A DNA stretch of 63,176 nt, the filler included, from Reticulomyxa filosa (Eukaryota > Protista > Foraminifera), in NCBI GenBank assembly GCA_000512085.1. It is 21 parts of 21 records of this genome, joined end to end, with 100 filler letters (N's around TTAATTAATTAA, not from the genome) between each part and the next. Parts side by side here need not be neighbours in the genome. Positions count along the whole stretch, not along the records: positions 1 to 3,126 come from ASPP01029169.1; positions 3,227 to 10,317 come from ASPP01009743.1; positions 10,418 to 15,245 come from ASPP01008728.1; 18 more parts are not named here. One strand, written 5' to 3'. Numbering within the stretch: position 1 is the stretch's first letter; each line of letters opens with the position of its first letter. The translations under genes were made by a program, and so were the position numbers. Shown here one piece after another: positions 1-14,146 of the stretch. The notes under the pieces were generated by a model. The model was not told the DNA's origin. It did no database searches and was given only the letters and a program-made list of their open reading frames with translations.

Positions 1-397
1 TAGTAAATCGCAAAATAACATGCGTAACTGCATTAAATACTGAAGGCAAGATTGATGAAAAGAAAGACGAAAGCAACAAAAATTCAAATGATCAACAGTC
101 AATCAGAATAATTATATTTGGAAAAGTATTCGATACACACCTAGACTATGTTGACCTAATTAGTATGACAGTAGCAACGGGTGCTGAATTTAGTAAACTA
201 AAATTCTGACCTTATGCAAGAGGCATAAAAAGATGTGTAATACTAAAATGTAAAGATAAAGATAAAGCTGCGAAGATAATAAACTCAATACAACGAACTA
301 TCCAAGCAAAAGAATTTGGGGCATAATACGAGCTTATATATTCGACGAAACAAAATTGATTATAGACAGAATATCACTAGACCTAAGTGGGATGTTT

Positions 398-969
398 CTA
401 CCAATGAGAAACAATCAAATAAGTAAGTAATGGAAAAATATATTTAAATTTTTTTAAATCAAATACATCAATATTCTTTGGAGAATAAGTGATAAATAAC
501 AAATTATTATTACTTCCACCAATCACTGCACGCACTCCAATATAATAATCTTTATCTCTGCCAATAGTGTCAAAAGGAAACCATTTATTGGAAGATCCTT
601 TTTTCTTTTCAATTCTTTTATCATCAATGTCATCACTACCATCACCCCAAACACTCATATATTTCATTATTAATGTATGCTTTTGCTGATTTTCATCTTG
701 TCCACCAAATGATATCAAAGTAATTACGTTCATGTCATTGTCATCTGCGAGCTTCATCACACAGCGTCCTTTTAATTTAACATAATCTGTATAAGAACAG
801 ATGTACTTGTATTGGTTTTGAATTGTAGGATACGAATGACATTCTCTTACATTATAACTTCCACACATAAGTATTTCATACTTGTAAACTATACATTGGG
901 CGTGCGCAATTTTATTGGTAAAGCAGTCAGAGTTTCAAAGGGAGTTGATGTCTTCAGGTTTGCTTTCAT
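398..969 (-). pseudogene. Kelch/galactose-oxidase-like beta-propeller family member, frameshifted and 3'-truncated
   Basis: ATG at 969 reads MKANLKTSTPFETLTALPI, then shifts frame near 900 into QCIVYKYEILMCGSYNVRECHSY...LISFGG...RAVIGGSNNNLLFITY (GG-type blade motifs). Similarity ends at about 430. Confidence 0.7.
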
Positions 970-3280
970 TTCGTTGGTAAAGGGATCCTGTTTTGTGTTT
1001 GCACTTGTCTCAAGAAGTAGGAGATAATAAATTTGATAGATTTTTTTGTTGAGCTTCCAAAAAAAAAAGTTTTTCTAAAAAAAAAATAATAAAAATAAAA
1101 TAATGAAATCCTTTTGCAAATAAAATGCAACAAAAAAAAATGAAACGAAAATTACGAGGTCGCAACAGATGTTATGTGATGAAAGTATTACAAAAATGGG
1201 ATGAAGATGGAATTCGAATCGGTCAAAATTATGTGTTCATTGATTACAGTTGAATCGAACCTTTGACCCATTTGCAAAGTAATGTTTTGTCCAATTACGA
1301 ATATTCAAGGCAATGTCAATTTCTTATTCAAAGGCTATGTGGGCTTAAAAAAGGTCGTTTTTGTCGTCAACAATTCCATCAACTTTGTGTTCAGAACTTA
1401 GCAGATTACACTCACTTTGTCCATACCAGTCCAAAGCTTTTTTACATTACAATCGATGATAATGACAAAACCACTGATGCCAACAATTCTCATACTTATC
1501 TTCTTCCTTTTAATTTCTACCATGGTTTGCTCTTTTTTTTTTTTTTATAAATCAACAAGCAAATTGAAGATGAATTTGTACAGATTTGTCGGGAAGAAAT
1601 GAATAGTTTGAGTAATGCAATACAATATATTGTATTTGGTCAATTCGTTAATTTTTCAATTGAAAGCAAAGGAACAAATGCCAATGGATGGAATATCTAT
1701 GATATTTTGAGAAATGATGATACCAATCAAAAAAAGAGTCAACTTGGAAACAAGACATTGTTTAAAAAGTACCTTTTAAAAAAAAAAAAATTGTCAAAAT
1801 AAAAGTAAAAAGTGTCATGTACATAAGATGATAATCATGATATATACGTCATTTCGTTTCTGTATGCATCTATCGAAAAAAAATGAAAAAAAATAAGCAT
1901 AGCATTCTCTTGGCTCCAGCAATAATGTTTTTTAAATCTCCAATAATAAATTTCATTTTTTAAAATATAAATATATATGGGGGTGGTCCCGAAAAATTAA
2001 ACATACATCACACTTTTTTTTTCAAAAATCATTATCGTATTTGTTTTCATATTTGAAAAATAAATGCAAGTTTTTCATAAAATTATAAAGTATGAAATTC
2101 AACAACATTGTTTTAGCGCAGAAAAATAGTCGTTTTAGACCTAGTTGCACTTCTAAGGTGCATGAAGTATTTGTTTTTTGGAATTAAATTTTTTTTAAGT
2201 TGCTTTCTATTAATTTGTGAATGGTTTTTTTTAAGCTCTTAATGAAACAAATTAATGCTGAAAGAAACAATATGCGGATGACTTTTTTTTATCCATAGCA
2301 GAAAATATGCAACATTGCTTTGCAAAAATTAAAATTAAAATTTGATCAAATCGTTTTGTTATGATGTATATGAATGTTGCTATGTACATAATTTGTTCAA
2401 AAAGTTTTGTGACTAATCTCGCTTTTTCCAATATGAATAAATTTATCAATGATTCTACTATTTTTGATAAAATAAAGTGAAAAAGATTAGTTTATTTTAT
2501 TTTTTTTATTAATTTATTTTTAAAAATTGATAACTTTCTATACTAACCAAAAGGCCTTTCATATTATCTATTGAATTTATTTTTTTTTAGATTTGTTAAA
2601 TAAAATTGTTATTTTATTTTATTAACATTATACTATCTGTAATAATGTAAGTTTGTCGTATTAACAATGTTTTTTATTTTTATTTTTTTAAAGAAAGTGC
2701 ACTATTTCTTTATTGGATAAGGCTTGCCAACTTAGTTTGTAAGTTTATCGCATTTCATCTCAAAAAAAATTATTATATGTTGTTTTGAACTAGTTGATGT
2801 TCTGCTACTTTGTTTTTATTCTTTATCTTATTAATTTGCACGTTTTAATTAACTGCTTCAGTATAGGAATACTGTTTAGTCTTGTCGACAGTCTTATGTT
2901 AGTTTATGTTAATGTAGAACCTCATCAGAGAGTTTTAGTCATAGAAAACAAAACAATCATTTGAAAATAGTTAAAGAGTATCTGAAAATGTATTTGAACC
3001 TTACAAGCTTTATTTTCGATTATATGTTTCAGTTTTGGCAAATCATTGATTCGGCCATTCAATTCTTCAATCACCACTTGATGCTCTTTCACCACGACTT
3101 CATTTTGTTGTGAGTTTTGCAGCATTNNNNNNNNNNNNNNNNNNNNNNNNNNNNNNNNNNNNNNNNNNNNTTAATTAATTAANNNNNNNNNNNNNNNNNN
3201 NNNNNNNNNNNNNNNNNNNNNNNNNNAAAAGTTCGAATTGAGTGAAAACACCACAAAATACAATCGAAACAACAAAAAAA

Positions 3281-4081
3281 GATTGGAAGGTGTGGTCGCG
3301 TCAATGAGTCGAGGGCCCGTGCAAATTGGCGACCAAAATGGCTTCTCTGACGTTCCGTTGATCATGCAGAGCTGCACGAAAGGAGGCCGACTGCTTCGTC
3401 CTTCACAAACTGTGTCTGCAATCGATCGCTACTTTTTGTTTTTGGCCACGAAGCAAAATGGCCCGACGGGTGAAGTCTACAGTACACATAGTATCGTTGG
3501 TATGTCCATATGTAATATATACGTAAAGTGTACATATTTGTTTTACTTATCATTTTATTTGAAGGTAAAAAAAAGGGGGGGGGACATGACTTATTAAAAA
3601 AGGTGAATTTGTTTACATTTATCTCCTGTCTGCTGGATTGCTACAAAATTTCGAACTGACAATTAGTGATGTGTATCATCATCAAAACCAGAATGGCATG
3701 ATTTGGAACGAATTCTTAGCTTATGAGTGGAACACTTCTTCGAAGTACTATGAGTTTTCACAATCTCAAAACTTGTTATTGACACCCAACAACTTGTGGA
3801 CGTTTCAATACTTCACGTTCATCCCTGTCGACAGCGATATCAGCAATGGCTGGTACTTGCAAGGAGAAATCGACAAATGGATTAGTGTGTCCCCTGACCG
3901 GTTCCAATCCATTGAGATGAATAGTGATGGTAGCATTGAAGTGGTCGCGAAAGGAGATTTGGGAGAACAAATCAATGTCGCCTTTGTCAATGTCAACACT
4001 CTTCAACAAGTCATCCAAAGCTGTGTTATTGGGGAATCCTTGGTCGTCACCATCAGGGCTCCTTCCTTTGAGTGTGCTTAA
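3281..4081 (+). CDS. 3' exons of a putative clan-D (GH36/raffinose-synthase-like) glycosidase-related protein; intron 3500-3602
   Basis: VVASMSRGPVQIGDQNG..LIMQSCTKGGRLLRP resembles the SGGP(I/V)YVSD...DG.ILR segment. A GT..AG intron joins the exons in frame (IVG|EFVY). Confidence 0.5.
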
Positions 4082-6949
4082 TTGGGTGTAATATGCCACA
4101 TTTTTCTTGGTTTTGTACAATTCACTCCTTTTTTTCATTAAATAAATTAACTGAATTTGTATTCATTTTCATATACAACTACTTAAAAAAATTTTTGTTT
4201 ACGTACAACTACTAATATCTTTACAATTCGCACCTTTCTATTACATTTTTAAAAGCTTCTTGCTCCTACTGTTCGTATTAACTTTACTAGTTGAAAAATT
4301 TGCTTTTAAGGCATAAACAGAATTTAATGTTAGTATACAGTTGATGTGTGATATTATATTTCACACCTTTGAATATTAAACTAGCATGTCAGGGTAAGGC
4401 TCTAGTAGTGTAAGTGAAGACCGGTCTGGACTTAGGGTCGATACAAACACTTAAAAACAAAATTCTTTTTGATATGTACGTAATAATGTGACCGAATTAC
4501 TTGAAATGGTGGAGATATGAAGCAATGAAGGCTGACATACTTTCGAGAATGGAATGTGATCAGACAATGCAGTTGAGTATATGTCCAAGTGAAAGAAGGA
4601 AAATGTCAACGAGGACAAATGCATTGTTAAAAGTCAGATACGACATGTCGCGCTTGTGCTATGTACAATACGCGATAGCTTTGTATGGCGCCAAAAGGCG
4701 CGTTAATCGTTCAACAATTTCGATCGAGCGAAAGCCATTAAAAAAAATCATATATGTACTAATGCAATTGTAAAATACATGTTATAACATATGATATAAT
4801 ATGTCAAAGATAATACTATCTTCATTCGAAGCTAAAAGTACTAAACTTGAGCTATCATTTGTTTCAAGTCAATCATGAACTCAATGCATTGAACAAAAGA
4901 TAGTACAAATGACGAATACTAACATGTTCAATATATAACAAATAAATAAAGTAATGAGATAACGCTTTGATGGTGATTTGTGTCATTTAAAGTTTTAAAT
5001 TGTGCGATCAATGTTTATTGCTACAATAGCAAGCAAAAAGGATTATTATTGATCAATTTAAGACTAAAAAGTTACTTATTATCTGAAAAAATTTAATTGA
5101 TACAAATAAATAGTAAATATAATATTTCATTCGCATGAATATGCAATGGTCTTTCTTATATGACTTTGTGATTCTAGTTAGTACATCTTTGTGAATAATA
5201 TTGAATTGATTAATGAATTTTGAGCAATTGGAAAAAAATGTATATTATTCATAAGAAATATAAGTTAAATAATAGAAATATATATTGATATTGAACCTAA
5301 ACAAACAGAAATTATCCAAAAGAAAGTGATAAAGTATTAGAACAAAATAGATGAAAATGATAAAAATTAAGGTTTTAAAAAATTTGAAAGATTGTCATTA
5401 AGTCATTTTAGAATATGTATGTTAAATTAATTTAAATGTAAATGTAATTTCAAAAATGAGGTAATACAATAATTTATGATAATAAATATAATTAAACAAA
5501 CAATGATTAGTTTTTTTTAAGAGCGAACAAAACAATATATTATTGAAACAAAACAATCAAGACGACACAAGAAAATGTTTCATTAAAGAACATCTTATAA
5601 TTTGAAAACACAAAATAATAAAACGTATTAGTGATATAGTTGTAATTTATCTATGATATAAAAAAAGCATTATATTTCAAAATGTAAAGATAATATCAAA
5701 AATTTTAAAAAATTATTCGAACAAGAATTAAATTATAAACTGATATTTAATAAGCATATACAATGATATAAAAAAAAGTAAAATTTATTTAACATATTGA
5801 TCACGATTATAAAATTAATGAAAATACTAAAAAAATATAGCTTAAAATCAAAACGAACAAATAAAAAAATTAAATTGTTAATTGTAAAAAAATAATACAA
5901 CAAACAAAACATAAAAAATAACTTCAAAATAGCAACAATCAAATAACACAGCAACATTAAAATAACATAAAAAAAAAAACTGTAAAAAAATAACAACAAA
6001 AATAATAACACAAAACATTAATTAATTATATTAAATTACCAAAAAAAAAATTAATCAAAATTAAAAAAAAAACAAAACATAACATTTTTTATAATAATTT
6101 TTATCAAGTTTAAGACAGGCTTCTAGTTTACTACGCAGAAAGCAAACTTTATAAATATCAATATTCAAAATATAACGTTTTATATATTGTAGCATTCAAA
6201 ATATCCTTAAGACTGGCTTGCTGGAAATATGCTTAGACATATTTACGGTTAAAAAAAAGAAAAAAAACAAATAAGAAAAAGTAATATTTTTTACTTTTTC
6301 TTATTTCCCTTTTTTTCTTTTTTTTAAAAATGGTGTTTATATGTTGCTGACGAAATTTTTAAAAAATATATTCGCGTTATTGGTTTTAAATCTAGCTGTA
6401 ATTAAACTTTTTTTGAACGTTTTGACAAAGTTTTTTTAGATTTGATTGATCGTTCATAACAATTATTTTAAAAAAAGTTTAAAAAAAGTGCTGATTGCTG
6501 ATATCATTTAGTTTTAGCTGAAAGATTTTAATTCGTAATAAATTTAAGCTAACATTTGTTATTTTTTTTATTCGAATATGCATTACTACAATTAAAAAGA
6601 TCCAAAATGCACGATGTTATTTTAAGATATTTTCACTTTTAAAAACAGTTTCAAAATTTGAATGCTTTACCCATTTTAAGTTTTGTTTTATTTATTTTAA
6701 TCAAGCTAACGTTTGTAAAATATGTGATACTATTAAATGAGTGCTGAAATGTATCAATCTAACATATTGTTTATTCCACTCCAAAAATTAAATTTCTTAA
6801 AATTCTAACCGAAATCGGTAAAAACTTCAATAATATGGAATATCTTAACTTTGATGAAACAAAACAAATTTCAATCGACATGCAAACAATAAATGTATAT
6901 ACATTCTTTCTTGGATTTTTAATTACGATATGTTGTATTAGTATCACCT

Positions 6950-7110
6950 GTATTGCTTTTTATATTCTTTTTCAATTTTAGAAATTTGATATACTATTCA
7001 TCTTCTTTATTATTTTCTTTAATCATACAATTCTTTCTTATTTAATCGAATATCCCAAAGTCGAATTGTATTATGTTTGACCTATAGACAGTTTCGATTT
7101 ATTATAAAGG
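6950..7110 (-). pseudogene. Degraded WD40 repeat C-terminal fragment
   Basis: NTIRLWDIRLNKKELY; the DNA is similar to the WD40 end at 59957-60147. Confidence 0.55.
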
Positions 7111-7652
7111 CAAGTGCAAAAGGTCCGTTAAACACAATGAGTCATTATGAACAAGAAATATGAAATACTTGATACCTTCTCTTGAAAATATCAATAACGA
7201 TCATTGTGTTCACTAACTTTTCTGCGAAGATGTAATGATAATCATACAAACATTTCTTTTGGAAAGGTTCATAATAACACACTTTCCATTTTGAAAACGA
7301 TAACTCATTTTTGTAAAAACTAAGAGTGTGCGAGTCAGTTTTTCAACAACCTTTTTTTGTTGAATGACTTGCCAATTAATATAGAATTTTTTCTTATGTA
7401 CTTCGTTCTGTAACAGCAGCATTTAACACATTCAAAATATTTTACAGTAAGGACAAAACCACAACAACGAAACAAAGTAATTCCTTTGAATTTGAACCCT
7501 AAACTAAAAAAGCTCAGCTTGTTGTGTCAAAGGTATTGCTAGCAAAGGAAACACGCACAAAAAAAAGCAAAAGGGGTGCTTATAAACTCATTTTTTTAGT
7601 TGAGCATTTTTTGCTCCAATTTTGCGAGTAAGGCAAGAAAAATAAAATAATA

Positions 7653-9163
7653 ATGCCAGTGTATGAAGCTGTAGAATGTGGAGCTTGTAATCGTTTTCAA
7701 GTGCAGCAAAAGAAGAAGACGAATAAGTTTGTGTGCACAATTTGTCACAAGAAGAACAGCGTGAGAACAGTTAACAAAAGAACGATAACACCGCAAAAAA
7801 AAAAAAAAATTTGGAAGAGTTAGACCTTTGTTTTGTTTTTTTTTTTTTTACATATTATGAGAACACAGGTCCATTATTCTTCAAACCAAGCCAAAGACGT
7901 CCGTGAAGGTGTGTTAACTTAATTTGTTTTTTTGTTTCTCTCAAAAAAAAAAAAAAAAAAGGGGGTAAAAAGTATGACAAACGAAAAAACAAAAAAAACA
8001 AACAAACGAGCGGTCCAGCAGTTGAATCAGAGAATACATGAAATGAACGAACATCGAGAACAAATGCTGGAACAGTGGAACGAAAGCCACGACAGAAAGC
8101 AAATGGCGATGAAGACAGCAACAATGATGCCTTTGCTGCGTTTGTTTCAACGGAAGCTTCAAACGAGCAAAACCAACAACAATCTTCCACACATTCCAAA
8201 TGGACCCAGTTTCAAGTTATTTCCTTTTTTTTTTTATTAGTCTTGTTTGTCGTTACGATATGTAATTTTTTTAAAAAAAAAATGACATGACTTGTTTAAG
8301 GATGACAATGCCGAATCGAAGGACGACGACAGTGAGGAGGAGGAACATGTACTGCCCGAACACATCCCGGCGGGGAGCAAACAGCACTCGAAACGAAAGA
8401 GACAAAGCAAAACGAAGAAAACGTCGAAACCCAAAGCTGAAACTAACACATCTGCTTCTCATGACGCTGCTGTCGCTAGTGATCCCTTGCTTGACCCTTC
8501 GGGTGCCATTGATGGAGGAGATGGCGAAGATGGACAAAGTTGTGTTGACGAAGGAGAGAGACTAGCTAATGCTTTTTTAAGCAATGTCGTTACACATGGT
8601 TCCATTGTTATATTACTTTGTGCATTGATTACATGTTTGTTAGGGATCACATTGGATCAGTTGGACGAGTTAATGAAAAGGGAACAATCGAATCTTAAAG
8701 TGTCCCATGGCTCCACCGCGACAAGTTTAGATCTTAATGTGTCCCATCACTTTTCTTATTCTTCAAGGAGTTTGGGGTTTTGCATTTTTGCAATGTTTCA
8801 GAAAGGACTTGGAGTCAGGCACAAACTGATCACATTTCTGAAAACAAAAGAACTCAAAAAAACGAAAGTGAAAATGAAAATGAAAGTGATGAACCCATCT
8901 TACCCACAAACAACAAACGTAGAAAGGTAGTGGCATCAAACGCAAATAATCATGATAATGTTGACGATGCTGATGATGTTGTCCCACCTACGTTTTTTAA
9001 TAGTGATCACAAGCAAGACATTGATACTTCTCTGTTGAATACCGACAACCAAAACCAGCAAAATACTCTTTTACCTACAAATGTGGATGATAGTGACAGT
9101 GGCAGTGACACTCAACAAGCACAAGCAGTCGATCCGAATTCAAAATGGTTTGCTTTTACTTAA
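7653..9163 (+). CDS. MRNIP: MRN complex-interacting protein-like (N-terminal zinc ribbon plus acidic tail), multi-exon
   Basis: Exons 7653-7769, 7869-7908 and 8011 onward give MPVYEAVECGACNRFQVQQKKKTNKFVCTICHKKNSVRTVHYSSNQAKDVREAVQQLNQ (CxxC..FQ..Q.KK..K..CxxC..S...D.R..VQ.LN). SKW motifs occur near 8195 and 9140. One apparent frameshift near 8095. The N-terminal exons are missed by the ORF track. Confidence 0.8.
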
Positions 9164-9670
9164 AAATGTTCTTTCATGATTTTAATAAAAAAATGAAAAG
9201 ATTCAACATTTTTTATTGCGTTTTATTTCTCTTTGGGTGACATTGGAATTTAGCTAATTGAACAAAAACTTAATTTACTTTTTTTTTCAACCACTTGATT
9301 TTCATCAGTTTTCAGCACAAAAAGGGGCATACCAGTCAAACCAGCGTCTTATGTTAAACTTTTGCAAATTTCGTACGTCATTTTAAAACTTTTTTCAGCT
9401 TTAACACAGAAAAAAGCAATGTATTTTTCTGTTCCAACTATATCCCCAGTGAAATTTATGTTTATGTTTATTTCCTTCTTCCCCTCCATCTCCCAAAAAA
9501 AAGTCTTTTCAAATGTGGACGTTATTTACGCTCGACCAAGAGAGAGTGATGAGAGGAAGAAAGGAAATCAACCCAATTTTTAACAACAAAAAGGGGTTTA
9601 ACCAAAAAAGGTGAAAATCTCTCATTCAAACGAACGTGACAAGGCCAAAAGAGAACCACACAAAAAGAAA

Positions 9671-10176
9671 TTAATGATGACCATGAGAAGATTTATTGTC
9701 ATCATCGTATCTAACACCTTGGTGCGTAATTACTCCAAACAGGCGGCCTCTGTACAAAATAGGAAAAAAAAACCAGTGTATGTATGATGCATGTGATGAA
9801 TAACAAAAGCAAGATAAGTGGGAAATGAAATTCTAACACAATAATTTGTATAAGATATTTGGAAGAGGAAAAAAATAAACAAGGCAAACCTTAAAGTGGG
9901 CATTAGAGTTGCAGAAGCAACTTTCAATCGCGATTGCAAAGTATTATCCAAGACAATCTTTCCTTTTCTGGCTCTTACAACAACACCACCAACTACACTA
10001 GCAGGTAAGAATTCAGTTTCATCTAATTTGACTTCAACTGTCACTTCTTTTCCTGTTTGTTCTTTCATTATTTTAATGTATTCTCGTGTTGCCTCTTCAT
10101 ACGTTGCTCGAGCTACACCGAAGTCGTCCTTTACCACTTGAATTTCCACTGCTTTCTCGTCCATTCGTATCAATCC
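9671..10176 (-). CDS. ATP6V1E: V-type ATPase subunit E, last two exons
   Basis: FLPASVVGGVVVRARKGKIVLDNTLQSRL, then across intron 9889-9750, LRGRLFGVITHQ...HGHH*. Confidence 0.92.
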
Positions 10177-10439
10177 CTATTCATTCATTTTTTTTTTTTT
10201 TAATTATTTGGTTACTATTATTATTCTCGATTATTTCAAAAAAAAAGGGGACAGGAAGCAAGGAGAAAAAAAAACTAATCCGAAAAAAAAAATAATTCAA
10301 AAAAAAAAAAAAACCTTNNNNNNNNNNNNNNNNNNNNNNNNNNNNNNNNNNNNNNNNNNNNTTAATTAATTAANNNNNNNNNNNNNNNNNNNNNNNNNNN
10401 NNNNNNNNNNNNNNNNNAAAAAAATAAAAAAATAGAAAA

Positions 10440-12143
10440 GAGTGGCAGTGACACAAATCCAAAACCACTGAATGGTGTGGACACATTTGCGACCAATAAA
10501 AACCCGGCGGTACGCCCCTTGGGCTCGATGGTCAGCACGGCCCCTTTGTACGACATGAATGTGGTCGCCGGCGCAGCGCGAAAAGACTCTGCGAATAACC
10601 AAGGCGCATTGGCAAGTGGCGTCGCGCCCGTACGTCCAGTGGAACTGGCACATCCATTGCGAGGGTCACTCGGAACGGGACGAGGAAGCGACGGGGTCGC
10701 CCCTGACTATATTGTCCCATCCACTGCACCTGGACGAATGAATGTCGATCACCGAAGTGATATTCAAAACAATATCACTACTCCTTATGCACTAGACATT
10801 TCTCAAATCGCCAATCCCGTACATCCTTTGACCGACAAACCCCTTTCCACCACCAATTCCTCTGATAAAAACGCTTGTCTAAAGATCCTTGAATGGTATA
10901 TCGCGCCTTTTACACAAGCAGAATCTATTCAGTTTAGTCTTTGAGGTTGGTTGGTTGATTGATTGATTAATTGATTGTTTGCTTGGTTTTTTTTTTTAAA
11001 ATTAAATACATACATAATAACATATACATATACATATATATATATGTATATGTATGTATCCAATGTTATCAAAAACTTCTTTTTTTTTGTTTACACACAC
11101 ACACAAACATAAAATGATTGCTTTCCATTTTTGTGACGATCGATCGCCAATTAGCTTGATCTTGTATCATGGCGCCAATTTTGTCTTGTCTGTCATTACC
11201 ATGGCGACAATGATATTTCTTATTGCTACTGTCATCGGTATGTAATGTATACAAAGAGACGAGGATATTTTCAAATACATACATTTTCTTTTGCTTTTGT
11301 CTTTGGCCTGTTGTTGTTGTTGTTGTTGTTGTTTATGGATCAAATGCAATGATGGATGCATCGTCTTGCAATTGTATCGTGTGTATGTGTATGACGGACG
11401 CATGGTCACATTTTTTATTTATAAAAAAAAGTGGGATTGCCAATGTGTTGTGCGGGCATTGCGTGCTTATATGTGCTTTGTGAAGCGGGACGTTTTTTTG
11501 GAAGTGTGGATATAATGCTAGCCTTGTATTTCTTTCCTGCCAACATGTTCCCCAAATTTGCCATGTACATACCGGTCAGTCATGCAGTGGAATGGAGAGA
11601 AAAGTTTCAGGAATATATTTTTGATCCCCATATCATCAAAATCATTATTTACGAAAGCTTCATCAAGCTACCTGTGGCGTTTTTTTTGAGTGGGATTTGT
11701 CTCATTCTGTTCGGTGGGGTCGTCAGCATTTTGCTGTCGCCGCTTATGTACTGGATTATGCCTCACTACTTTGCCGATCAAAGATTTTGTCTCTTTGGAA
11801 CCACTACAAAATTGCATGGTTTGTTGTTTTTCCTTCTCCCTTCTTATCTCTTTATCTTTCTTCTATCTCTCTATCTCTCTATCTCTCTCTCTCTATGCTC
11901 AACTATAAAAATGAAATCAAGATATACTTATAATTACATATAATACATAATCTAGGTAACATTCGCTGCAGTGGCTGGGCTGTCGTAGAGTTTGGAGATA
12001 CAATGGGAGCGTTTTTGTTGTTTTTGCCAATTTTACCATTGACCATGCATTTGTGTCGCTTTGGCGCCAAAGCTCTGCTTGCCGTTACTAACAATTTTTT
12101 GACAGTTGATGTTGGCACAAGTGTGAGGAATATTGTCATGTAA
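10440..12143 (+). CDS. Multi-pass membrane protein with a 'Putative sensor' (PF13796)-like domain, at least 4 exons
   Basis: LILYHGANFVLSVI..VI|GLPMCCAGIACL...D......IIYESFIKLPVAFF...ILLSPL; last exon GNIRCSGWAVVEFGDTMG...RNIVM*. Introns 10932-11154, 11238-11431 and about 11818-11955. Confidence 0.6.
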
Positions 12144-14146
12144 ACTTTTTTTTTTTTGCCCCCTCCCAAAGGTTGAGATTCATTGCTTCCACATTTACAA
12201 CTTCTTTTTTCCCTTTTGTGAAAATTGTAATACCTTGCCTGATTTTCTTCAAACTGCATAAATTTTTTTTTTCCATCTTCAAACGATTATTTTTAAGAGG
12301 TTAAGAGACAAACAAAATCAAAAACAACCCTTGCAAAACAAATCATAAATTCTTATGAATCTTATAAGTGATTGAGTTCGTATCCAGTTCATAAATCTCG
12401 AAAACTTGTTGATGTCTGAAAGTGGTATTGTATGTTGTTAGAGTGGAATAGCTGAAAAAGTTGGAATAGCTGTAAAAGCTAGAAGAGTTGAAGAGTTTGA
12501 AAAGTTAGAATAGTTGGAATTGACAATACTGTTTTCACGGACCAAAGCGGTCCTTCCTAAAAAAACAATAAAATATTTAAATGAAAAAAAATTGTATATA
12601 TAATTAACTTGTTAGTGGAACCACTAATATAATAAAACCAAAAAATATCGACAACAATGTAATATAAATAATTAAAGACGTGTTATATTTATCAAAATTG
12701 ATTGCATACAGCAGCGTCACGATACTTAAAGTTTGAACTAAGATTATCCCTCCATACGTACAGCAATTTGAATGCTGGCATTTGGAGATCATTCATTTAA
12801 ATATGTCTTAATTTGATTTTTTTTTCTTGCATATTAACTACTTAAAAAAATTAGTGAAAATGTATCAAAAATTCATTTTTTTAATTTCATTTGATGACAT
12901 TATAAAAAAGTTTCTTTGTTTCTTTTTTTATTCAAATTTTCTATTATATAATAATTGAAAATATTTAATTTCTTACATTACTTTTAAATTAACTAAAAAG
13001 AATGATTTACATTTATGAAAAATCATTTCATTCACACAATCTTTTGAAATATATATAATTTTTTTGTTAATTACATTATTCTTTCAACTAGAAATTTGAT
13101 CATTTTAATATTTGAGTAATTAGTACAATTTATTGTTATTTCATTTTTGCAAATATTACTTTTGATATTATTTAAATATCGACGTCTTTTTAAGATAAAT
13201 TTATTTTGAGAAAAATTGACTTAGAATAAATTTTCACAAAGAGTCTTGCAAGCGATTCGAATTTTGTTTTGATTTTTCCAAATAAAAATAAATTGTATAT
13301 AATGAAAGTAGATGAACAAGTAAGAAATCTTATATTTATGAAATTAAAAAGGAAAGTGATTGACAATGAACAAAAATTAAATGATGTTCATTTATGTTAT
13401 GATTCAAAGGAAGGTTTAATTAGTGTTTGGGGGGGATGAACATATACGAATGAATTGTTTTTTTGAGTTCCTTACAATTTTTGTGAAATTAAAAGATATT
13501 GACAAGAGTTTATTCGATTTTGATTTTTTAATTCATTCATTTTTAAACTTGGGGTTCTGTTTGATTTTTTTTGAGAATTTTTTGCATCCTAATGAAAAAA
13601 GAGCTGTGATTCAATTGATGTGTTCTATTTTAGCAAACGCCTTTGTAAAATGATGATAAATTTGACAATAATTCAAATTTTTTATGATAAACACATAAAA
13701 AAACTACGTTCAATATTTAGTCCTAAAAGAGATGTGATAATTTACACCAATTACTTTATATTACAAAACTTTTCTAAACATTAAATACAAATCTTGTTTT
13801 CTTACATCTTCTGTTGAAAGAATAAAAGAATACAAAAATGGCAAAACTGTTAGAATTAAAAAAGATTTTTGCACACAATTTCAAATGTTTTTTGATCAAT
13901 ATTTGACGGACAATATCACACAAAATTAATATCGACAACTCTTGGACAAGGATGAAACAAGAATTTGAGCGGGTGATAAGGATTAGGTTTTATGTTTTTA
14001 TATTTCCCTACGCCTGTGTGTTGACGTATTGTTGCGATAGATGACGTTCGTTTGCAGTGTACCCAAAAAAAAAAAAAAAAAAATGGGGACTACCCACAAA
14101 CATATAGGCATTTTGATAATCTCAGGACCTTGGCCTCGTAGAATTG

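Noticed and set aside
1972-2010. Mariner-like terminal repeat (TATGGGGGTGGTCCCGAAAAA)
   Set aside because: No matching inverted copy or transposase found in the contig.
4400-6900. Genes in the very AT-rich stretch, including hydrophobic ORF 5733-6011
   Set aside because: Compositional ORFs with no recognisable motifs.
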